From: Adineta vaga
Taxonomy: Eukaryota > Animalia > Rotifera
DNA length: 64,000 bases
Assembly (NCBI GenBank): GCA_021613535.1
Contig: CP075493.1
Coordinates: forward strand, 8,680,001 to 8,744,000
Direction of reading: 5' to 3'
A model generated the notes under the pieces. That model was not told the DNA's origin. It saw only the letters and a program-made list of their open reading frames with translations, and searched no databases. This document shows positions 14,218 to 24,010 of the stretch, piece after piece (position 1 is the stretch's first letter; the number at the start of each line of letters is the position of its first letter). The position numbers and the translations under genes are program-made.

Positions 14218-17200
14218 TCATTTTTGAATACTGAAGATATCTATAGCTGATTTAATCATTTGTTCCATAGTATTGAATGGAAGATGGGATTCATAGCCAT
14301 CTAAGCGAAGAATTTCTTTTAATATAAATAACATTGTATCTTCTGAATTCCTAATAGAAATACATTCGATAGATTAAAGAGAGAATTGAATTAGTTAATG
14401 TCTTTATTATACCAATAGGCCACATGACTACTCAATGCAAACAGATATTCATTGATTATTTCAATGGGACGATGTTGAAGAACATAGTCAATACGATGAC
14501 CTTGATTTAATTTTCCAATCGGACGATTGATCCATTCGTTAACTGACAAATCTGAAAATTCATTAAATTTTAACTGATCAAACTAAGGATTTTACGATGT
14601 CAATGGATCTGTTTTTCTACGTGAATCATTACTTCAAGAGTAATAAACCTGCAGGTAATTCGTTATCTTTAATTGGAAATCATAGAAAACATGTCTAAGA
14701 GTAGAGCAATCTATAAAGAAATTCATACGTTGCAAATACTAGATGTACTTTGAGACTTTCTATTATATAAAACAAGAAGATTAGTTAGTTTTAACAGCAG
14801 GGTATATCGAACTCATTATCTAAATATAAGTTTTTATATTTACACAGTAAAACCAATAGAAATATTCCTAGTTCACGTACGTATTGATGAAAGAATGAAG
14901 GAAATTATTCAGAAAGACATCCCATTGACAAATATAATTTCTATTTTCTTTCTAATAAAATACAACGATCGTGAGCTATTTGAAGAGTTTTATTTCAGGT
15001 CTCATTAAAAGAGACAACAGTGCTTCTTCTACTAAAACAGTAGCATGTTTTAATATGAACTCAAAATTTAATTAAATTCTATATTTCGATGAGAAAACAT
15101 AGGAAAAAATAAGCACATAATAATTACCTTCATTATTATTAAATTCAGCTTCTGTAGATGCAATCGAAGAATTCCTATGAAGAACAATATCATTTAAATC
15201 ATATTCTTCGTCTTTTATACAAATGCATACGATGACACAAGGCTTGTTATTGCATTCATTGTATTTCTAAAAGTACCGAATAATTTCCCTGTTAAATCTG
15301 TTGCTTTCGAAAATTTATCGATCAATTCAAGATGAATTCTTTTTCTTCCTTTATGATGTGATATTAAAACTGGTGGTGCATTCCATCTTAAATCGATCAT
15401 AGGTTCCAATCTATAAGCGATTGGATCACACTATAGGAAATATTGATATCAACATTTCAATATAAATACAAAACGATCTTAAAATCCATACGGGATGAAA
15501 TATATTGAAAAGACCTTGACACGTTGGTAGAATAAAGTCTGATGATATGGATGTAATTCCACGTACACTTAAAAACATAGCGATCGGTGAACCTAAAATA
15601 AGTAGATTTAATGCTAGAAAGTGCGTCCTATGGTTAAATATACCTAATGCAAAGAAATATGCAACTGGAAAGTTTAATTTGTCATATTGAATGCAAGGCG
15701 AGATGTTTTCCTTTCGAATATGACATTCCGCTTCAGATAATTGATTACTTAAAATATCATAAAGAATCACGGAGCCTAAAAATAAGATCAAGAGTGAATT
15801 TTTATAAAAAGAAAAGTATTTTTATTTACCAAGACTATGGCCTATCACAGATATTTGTCCTTTAAATGATGAATTACGTTGTAAAAACAGATCATAGAGT
15901 CGATTCATTTCACAAGTACATCGTGTAACGATTCTCTATCATAGACACATAATTGAACTTATGATTTCTTAGATTTTTCATTGATTCTACCTGACCATAA
16001 ACTGGACTTGTATAAAATAATATATCTGCTAATGTTGTATTGATAAATGTTCGAAGTTTCATTATACTTGGCAGCGTTAATGGTAATAAATGTTTATCCA
16101 CACCAGTTGACTATCAAGAGAAAAACGGAACTTACTACGAATAAAACAGGTGAGTTTTCAAAGACATACATCAAGATGAAGATCATCGTGCCAATAGATC
16201 GGTAAAAATTCCTACGAATAAAAATCAACCTATGAACTACACAAGATCCTCAAGAGTCTTGCACAAATGAAACTCTTATCATTTTAGATGCAGTTCAATC
16301 GAAAGCGAACTAGTTTCTACATACCACACGATGTACATTACCATTATCTAAATAAGATTTAAAATGATTTTGTAATATGATTCGACTTGTCCGACGTAAA
16401 TCTTCTACACATTCAAATAATGAACGAAACTTCATATCACACGCAGCACCAATTCCATGAACAACAAAACATAAATGTTGAATAGAATCTTTTTCATCAG
16501 TTGTTATTTCATCGGAAAAGTGTTTTGGTAAACCACGCTTTAATGTTCGTATTTCAGACTAAATAAATGCATACAAATAATTGTATTTATCTTTTAAAAA
16601 CATATACATACGAAAGATTTTGTTTCAGGATATGCTTCATTATTCTTACACTGCATTAGTATTTGATCTGGATGATCAAATATAACAGTTGTATTTCCAT
16701 TATTGATCTCATATTTTGTAGACCAACTTTGTTGATTACATGTTTCGAAATAAAGATTCTGTGATAGATGTATTTAGTCTTTATATATAATTTAACTAAA
16801 AACATTTTCTACTTCAAGAGTTTCATCTGTAGATTCATCACATGGAATAGAACGAGTAGATTTCGATGTTGAATAAAACCATTTTGAACGTCGTATTTCA
16901 TTTGATTCATTCGACCAGTAAACAGCTGTATGTTTGCGTGTGATGAGATTAACATCATATCGATTACCATTCGTTGAAACAATCTCTATATCTAGATTTT
17001 AAATATTCATGTCTAAACAAAAACAACATGAGACTACACGATTTTGATTATACTTTGTCCATAAGCATGTTCTAGATTTTCTACATCGATCTTTGAAAAC
17101 GGAATCCAAATTAGTTGATTTTGATTCTTTCGTGAATAAAACCAATGTGACCCTATAGGTACAAAATCATATCGTTTATATTGCTCATCGGTAGATGTCT

Positions 17201-17253
17201 GTATCGATTGATAAGATATAAATAAAAATCATGTTAATTGATAAACTAACCAT
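14218..17253 (-). CDS. DDHD-domain intracellular phospholipase A1 (DDHD2/SEC23IP family)
   Basis: WWE-like HWFY...WIPFS and [10 protein letters not shown]. Lipase motif IGHSLG|[23 protein letters not shown]...LFNIFHP. DDHD end [13 protein letters not shown]...SSHVAYW|[16 protein letters not shown] at 14218-14220. Confidence 0.88.
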
Positions 17254-17468
17254 TATTTTAGATTGATAAAAAAGTTGATAGAGAATAATGATGAACTGTT
17301 TTTTTAGAGATAATCTAGAATAGAGATGTAACAAGTGATTTCGATTATCAGATAAAGCAGCGAGGAATATAAGAGATGAATAATCTACAGTATAGATAAG
17401 AAGAAAAAAGAAACGTTTTTCTTTGATAGTGCTTTATTTGATCTTTTGTTTTACTAGTGACAAGTAAC

Positions 17469-18002
17469 ATGACAAGTGTTTTACTTCTTCCATTTTTTAA
17501 AGGAAAATCATTAGAAAGTGAATTTGGTTTTGTTAATTACTATCATTCTCAACCCATCAATCGTCTATTACATACAGTGGCAATACCTCTATTGATATTT
17601 GGTATTCTAACTATGACTTATTCTATTGACTATCGTTTATCAATATTCTTTTCCATTTTCTATTGTGCTATTGTTGGCCTATTCAATTATAAAATTGCTC
17701 TATTATATACTATTCTTTTCGGTATACTTTTCTGTTCGACAATTATCACTTGTTCTCACAATATGAAGTCAATGTTTTCTGGATTATTTATATTTTTCTT
17801 CGGTTTAATTCTACAAGGACTCGGTCATTATATATTTCAACAATATGCACCAGCATTTCGTCTATTTGAAGCAATATTTACAACACCAGTTTTTTTAATG
17901 ACATATCTTATTACCGATCATAAGAGTCCGTTTTGGAATAATGTTCAAAATGAAACAAATAAATGGAAACAAATTCTTGACAAAGAAAGAAAAACATCCT
18001 AA
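17469..18002 (+). CDS. Mpo1/DUF962-family membrane protein (putative 2-hydroxy fatty acid dioxygenase), intronless
   Basis: Family His motifs YYHSQPINRLLHTVAIP and LQGLGHYIFQQYAPA, with several hydrophobic helices. ATG at 17469. Confidence 0.75.
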   Translation: MTSVLLLPFFKGKSLESEFGFVNYYHSQPINRLLHTVAIPLLIFGILTMTYSIDYRLSIFFSIFYCAIVGLFNYKIALLYTILFGILFCSTIITCSHNMKSMFSGLFIFFFGLILQGLGHYIFQQYAPAFRLFEAIFTTPVFLMTYLITDHKSPFWNNVQNETNKWKQILDKERKTS

Positions 18003-18058
18003 ATAAAACATACACCAATTTAAAATATTGCACCAGATTATCGCAAAAATGTAACGAT

Positions 18059-19078
18059 TTATTCATTGGGATTATTTGGAACTAGTTGATGATCTTTATT
18101 TACAATTGATTTATATTGTTGCAGATTTTCATCCATCAATAAAGTCTATTTAGATAGGAAAATTTAATGATTGATTCTTCAGAAAAAATATTATATCTCT
18201 TACAAATTCAGCATAATCTTGTAGGAAACTGCTCAATTCTTTCATGAATACTCCATGTTCATTCTAAAAAAGAAGGTTAATTGTAATTTGAAAAAACTTT
18301 GTCTTCATCTATCAAACCTTGGTATTTTCATGTATAGTTAGTAGTTTATTTAAGGTTGCGAATAACTTTGGCATTTCTAATGAAGAAAATTTCAATGTAT
18401 TTACTAGAATGAATCTTTTATATACCTTGAAAACATTCTCCTTTGAGTACTTGTGCTAATGTTTCAATTTCTGTAAAATTTCTGGTGATAGCACGTATAC
18501 GAATTTCATCTAAGACAGATGCATAGAATATCATTGTTTTAATACGAAAAATCACTTACCAGCAAGAATAAGATCATAGTTTATTAATCGATCTCCAATG
18601 ATATATCGTTGAAAATTCGGATTTATCAAACGATTAATTTGATCAACTGAAAATACCGAAACAAAGATAAGAATTTAGTTTTTATTGAAATCAAACATCA
18701 TACACGAATCTATCTACTCTCATTTTTTCATCTAAGAATACAACAATTATCATCTTAATACCTTTCTTCATAGAAATCAATATGTCTTACCATTATAAAC
18801 TAATTTTCTCGCAGTAAGACTGTTATTACTTGCATATTCGATGACTTGTTCATTTAAATTATTAACTATTTCACTAATCTAAATGTTCCATAAGATAAAA
18901 CTATTCATTTCAATAATTATCGTACTCTAGTTTTCGATGAATTTCCAATAAAGTTTTCCAAACGTTTGATACGCCATTCTAAATGATGAATTCTTTCAGA
19001 TTCTATTTGGAGAAAAAAGAAAGAAAGAAAGAAACAATTTTAATTTTAGAAAAACGTTTATTTTTTACCAGAAATCAT
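18059..19078 (-). CDS. DCTN3: Probable dynactin subunit 3 (p22/p24)
   Basis: Multi-exon coiled-coil protein starting MISESERIHHLEWRIKRLENFIG. Internal LDKSEF...LIKYDLILA and C-terminal EELSSFLQDYAEF...LLMDENLQQYK match the p22 pattern as I recall it. Confidence 0.62.
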
Positions 19079-19312
19079 AGGTAATGCGTTGACAAATGAA
19101 TTGTATGTGTAAAGTAAAAGACCAATCTAACATTATTTTTGGTCCTTCATCATTGAAAATGCATTAGTCGTTTAAACCATTATGATTGGTTCGTTTCGTC
19201 ATGTTAACAAACATCTTCATGGAGGTCGCCAAACGGGGGTAGACATCCACCGATTGTTTGTTTGTTTCTTTTGCTTATCAAATTTACCAGCGATCGTCCA
19301 TCTGAATTTAAA

Positions 19313-21441
19313 ATGGTAATGATATTTTTCTATCTTTTATCTTAATTATTCATTTTCAATATTGTAAAATTCATTTTAGGCTTTTGTTAAAGTTGTAAAA
19401 AACAAAGCTTATTTCAAACGATATCAAGTAAAATCCAAACGACGTCGACGTAAATAATCCCTGTTATTTTTGTTATTGTTTTTTTTCTATGAACGAATTT
19501 TTCTTTAGAGGGTAAAACTGATTTTTATGCACGTCATGCACTTATCCATCAAGATAAAAACAAATATAATACACCAAAATATCGATTAATTGTTCGAATT
19601 ACCAACAAAGACATTATTTGTCAAGTAAAGATTTATATATATATATATATACATGTTTAAGATGAATTTGATTTCTTATTTTATTATTTAGATTGCTTAT
19701 GCACGTATCGAAGGTGATTATATTGTTTCAACAGCTTATGCTCATGAATTACCACGATATGGTGTTAAACTTGGTTTAACAAATTATGCTGCTGCCTATT
19801 GTACCGGTTTATTGTTAGCACGACGAACATTACAAAAACATAAACTCGACGAAATCTACAAAGGTACAACTGAAATTACAGGTGGTGAATTTGAAAATGA
19901 ACCAGTTGATGGTCAAAAACGACCATTCCGTTGTTATCTTGATGTTGGTCTTGCACGAACAACAACTGGTGCCAAAGTTTTCGGTGCATTGAAAGGCGCT
20001 GTCGATGGCGGTCTTGATATTCCTCATAGGTAAATATAAACTCAATCAAAATCACCTCTTGGCAATGAGAGATATACAGAGAGTTTCTTACTAAACATAC
20101 ATATTTACTTCCTCAACACAACAATGCAAAAACTGATGAGATGTAAGTTCATCGGAATAAAACAAAATGAAGAGTTCCACTTTATTGGACTTTTCGCCCC
20201 TTGCTGATTTTGCATTTGTTGAATAAAAATTTCGCTTTTTTATAGAAATCGAAAAGTCTTACTAACGACATCTATAGATCTTCTTTTCCAAATATATCTT
20301 TTGTATAAAAGGTGCAAAATTTGATGAGATGTAAGTTCATCGGAACAAAATATAATGAAGAGTTCCACTTCATTGGACTTTTCGCCCCTTTCTGATTTTG
20401 CACTAAATTCATCTTTGAAATAGAAAATTCTTTAGTAAAAAAATTCATATCATTAACAATGTAAAAACATGATGAGATGTAAGTTCATCGGAACAACAAT
20501 ATATGAAGAGTTCCACTTTATTGGACTTTTCGCCCCTTGCTGATTTTGCATTTGTTATATAATAGACGAAATATTTTCAGGCTAAATTTGAGTTGATGAT
20601 GTCAGAAGACAATAGTTTACTAGTTAAGAATATTCGAGTTACAAAATAGATAGAAAATCTTTTCATACAACTTATTCATTGTGTACAACTTGATGAGATG
20701 TAAGTTCATCGGAACAACACATTGAAGAGTTCCACTTCATTGGACTTTTCGCCCCTTGCTGATTTTGCATATGAATATATTTTACTTTTTCCTCAATTCT
20801 CTTTTTAAGTGCATATGATGAACATCATTTTTTTCTGTCATCTCTTCTGATTCTGATATGACGATCATTTATAACTGATGCACATATTTATTCTTCTTTA
20901 AATGAAGTTTTATTCATTGTTATTTTTTTTTCTTAGTACTCGACGATTTCCAGGCTACAGTCGAGAAGGTAAAAAATTCAATGCTGATGTTCATCGTCAA
21001 CATATCTTTGGTTTACATGTTGCCAATTATATGACATCACTCAAAGACGAAAATCCAGATCTTTATGCAAAACAATTCTCACGTTTTGTCAAAGCTGGAA
21101 TTCAACCAACATCAGTAAGATTGTCATATTTTCATTATAAAACAAAAGAAGAAACTTACTTGTTATTTTCTAGTTCGAAGCTTTATATAAATCTGCACAT
21201 GCTGCTATCCGTGCTGATCCATCACCATCAGCTAAGAAAGAAAAGAAAGCTGATGCACCTAAACCAAAACGGTAACACGATATATATTTAAAATATAAAC
21301 TAAACATGACATTCTATTCTCGTTTGTTTTGTCTCTTCTAGTTGGAATAAAGTTAAACTTGCCCGATCATCCCGCAAGAACCGCGTTCAACAAAACAAAA
21401 CCGCTTTCCTCAAAACATTACAAGGTGGTGATGCTGAATAA
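19313..21441 (+). CDS. RPL5: 60S ribosomal protein L5 (uL18)
   Basis: M|[36 protein letters not shown] and [30 protein letters not shown]. One unusually long intron (about 20030-20936). Confidence 0.98.
20124..20215 (+). ncRNA. Box C/D snoRNA, SNORD80/snR60-like, copy 1
   Basis: Terminal stem ATGCAAAA/TTTTGCAT. Box C CTGATGA at 20133, guide GATGTAAGTTCA, D' CGGA, C' ATGAAGA, guide GGACTTTTCGCCCCTT, box D CTGA at 20204. Confidence 0.88.
20312..20403 (+). ncRNA. Box C/D snoRNA, SNORD80/snR60-like, copy 2
   Basis: Stem GTGCAAAA/TTTTGCAC, box C at 20321, box D at 20392. Both guides are identical to copy 1. Confidence 0.88.
20458..20552 (+). ncRNA. Box C/D snoRNA, SNORD80/snR60-like, copy 3
   Basis: Box C ATGATGA at 20469, box D at 20540, stem AATGTAAAA/TTTTGCATT. 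Guides identical. Confidence 0.88.
20680..20771 (+). ncRNA. Box C/D snoRNA, SNORD80/snR60-like, copy 4
   Basis: Box C TTGATGA at 20690 and box D at 20759. Guides identical. The flanks ATTCAT...ATGAAT can pair. Confidence 0.85.
20809..20883 (+). ncRNA. Box C/D snoRNA, SNORD60/snR48-like
   Basis: Stem GTGCA/TGCAC. Box C ATGATGA at 20815, guide TTTTCTGTCATCTCTT, D' CTGA at 20847, C' ATGACGA, box D CTGA at 20875. The guide resembles the SNORD60 guide UUCUGACACCUC. Confidence 0.78.
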
Positions 21442-22555
21442 ACGATCAAATAATGCATTATTTAACAATAGTGAAGAAGATCAGTACTTATTATGTTTTT
21501 TATCAACATCATTATTGTCAATCGTTTATTCTTGTTTACGTTTTCTTGTCAGCATTTGACAGTTGATAAAAAAAAAAGAAGAATAAAACAAAAAAATGAA
21601 ATATAGTCATGATGGAATTAAATTCATTGCGTAAACATTTTTCTTTCATGATATCATCTTGAGACAAAAACTCGAAATGAATTTCAAACTTTCGGATACA
21701 TACATTTGTCTTTATCAGATCATTAGTTCAAAAGATTGAATTGTATATACGGCAAATAATTCATAGTTTTACTCAATTGATACGAAGCCCATCCTTTATG
21801 AGGAAGAAAATCGATATAACCTAACGATTCTATTGTGTCCCAAATCTTCAAAATATTCCTCTTAGTTAGAATAACAAGAACATCTGTTTTATAAGTTACT
21901 TACATATAAATCTAGGAATTCTTGCAAGTGCATCTAAAGTATTCGATGTAAACTAAAATGGAGCGAATGTTTGTTACTTCATTGCACATATATATCCAGG
22001 TGTACATACCATCACACGATGAATAATTTAGTAAATCAATCGATATCATTATGGGTTTATATGGTCATATAAGTGAAAACCGTTACTCTTCGCTTACTCT
22101 TATTCTTCTTTGATATGTTGTATAAAAGAAAGCTTCTAAATAATCAATATCTATATTGTATAGGTAATAAACATGTATCATCATCTATCGTGATATAGGT
22201 TTCATTAGACGTATCATTCGAATGTATTCAATCTGATACGATTCATATAGAATCACTTCGAATCTCGAGCAATTGAAACTAATCAATACTTTGTTTACAT
22301 TCGATATGACGTATGAAGTCTTAACAATATGAAAACAACATATTAATAATAAAGTTTGAAAGTATATTCTATACATATGTGGTTAATTGACCATAGCTAT
22401 ATATCAAACATTTGACGTAATCTAGCTCATACATATAAAAAAGGAAAAAAAATTCATTTGTTTTTATCGAGCGCAAGGTTACGATAAGATTAATTACATA
22501 AATATATGATTAACATAGGTTACAAAATTGTAATGTTTAAATAGGAACTGTTAGA

Positions 22556-23732
22556 ATGCCGTGTACAGTTTGTGGTAGTGAACCAGCAACGATGAATTTC
22601 GGAGCAATATGTTGTTCATCATGTAACATGTTCTTTCGACGCAATGAATATTTCGATTTTGTAAGTAAAACGTTTTCGTGTTCTATATATCAATCTACTT
22701 TTCCTTCTCAGCAAAACAGTAAATGTCGATTTAGTATGATGTGTAATATTCAAAAATATAATCGGCGAACATATCGTTATTGCCGATTAAGTAAATGTTT
22801 TTCTGTTGGAATGAAACAAGAGCTATTTCGTAGTAGTCGTATTCATGATACATTACTTCTATCACAAAGAAAAGAAGTGATTTATCCACTAAATTTACTT
22901 TTCAATGATTCTTCGACTTTATCCATTAAACAATGGAGTCTATTATCAAATATTATTAATACGTATGATGCTAGATATCCGATTGATAATCTAAAAAAAT
23001 CACTCGAAGTTGAAGCAAATCTTCCGGTTAAGATGCGTATGAAATTAGCATCAACAAATTATATGAATTATGTTACTTTGTGTTATGCTTTGTTAATTCA
23101 ATTTCTTCAAGGTGTATCTCATTTCAATATTGTATCGAAAGGGAGTCGAAGTATTCTTATTGAACGTACTATGAGTAATTTAGGAGGTCTCAATGGATTA
23201 TTTATTGTTCGAGAATTGAATTTACATATCAATTATGAATATATCACATGTACTATTGAAACATATGGATTAACAATCATTCATGAAGTAGTTAAACTTG
23301 CACATCGTATTGATCAAGATGGAATACTATTTAAACTAGTATTAGTTGTTTTAAGTTTTTCTACATGTTATAACACAATTTATACGACAGATGACGATCG
23401 TATGTACACAAATGAAGAATAAAATTCATTTAAAAAAGTGTATTGATTGTTATATTATTTATTTAGATAATGTGACGTTACAATCGAATTCATCATTGAA
23501 TTCCATGGAAATATTTTCAATTCAAAATATATATGTCGATGTCATGTTCAAATTTCTGTTATATCGTTATGGATATGATCAAGCAGTATTACGTTTTGGA
23601 AGTTTAATTAAAACAATCTTAGATCAAAATAGATGTTTAGAAGAAGCACGAAATATTATACCTCATACATTTATGATCAAAACAGTTATGGAATATGCTA
23701 ATCAAATTATATCATCACAAATTAGTAGTTAA
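22556..23732 (+). CDS. Nuclear hormone receptor (NR1/HR96-like, probably from a lineage-expanded family)
   Basis: C4 finger CTVCGSEPATMNFGAICCSSCNMFFRR and CRLSKCFSVGM. LBD-like region from LNLLFNDSSTLSIKQWSLLSNIINTYD to IQNIYVDVMFKFLLYRYG. Introns at about 22661-22711 and 23400-23467. Confidence 0.88.
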
Positions 23733-24010
23733 ATTAAATAAATCTACATAAGATTAATATACTTCTAATGATAAGCAATCATACAATCACATCTATTTCG
23801 TCAGTCAGTGAAAGTAAAACTTATAAACATCATAGACATGGGATTTACTCTTGTTTAATATTCTTTTCTTTTCACAATTATAATCACTTTAATGAAACAA
23901 CAACAACAACAAGGAAAAAGGAAAAAGAAAACTGAGCCTATTTTCGAAGATAAATACAGCTCATATACATCACAAATTGATTTAATATCTGACAGAAGTT
24001 TTGGGGTCAA

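Noticed and set aside
20050-20105. Possible H/ACA snoRNA at the start of the RPL5 intron
   Set aside because: Only a weak hairpin and an ACA. I could not identify a two-hairpin structure.
20124-20771. Repeat-spacer pattern read as a CRISPR-like array or satellite
   Set aside because: Eukaryotic intron. The units carry C, D', C' and D boxes, terminal stems and rRNA-complementary guides, so they are snoRNAs.
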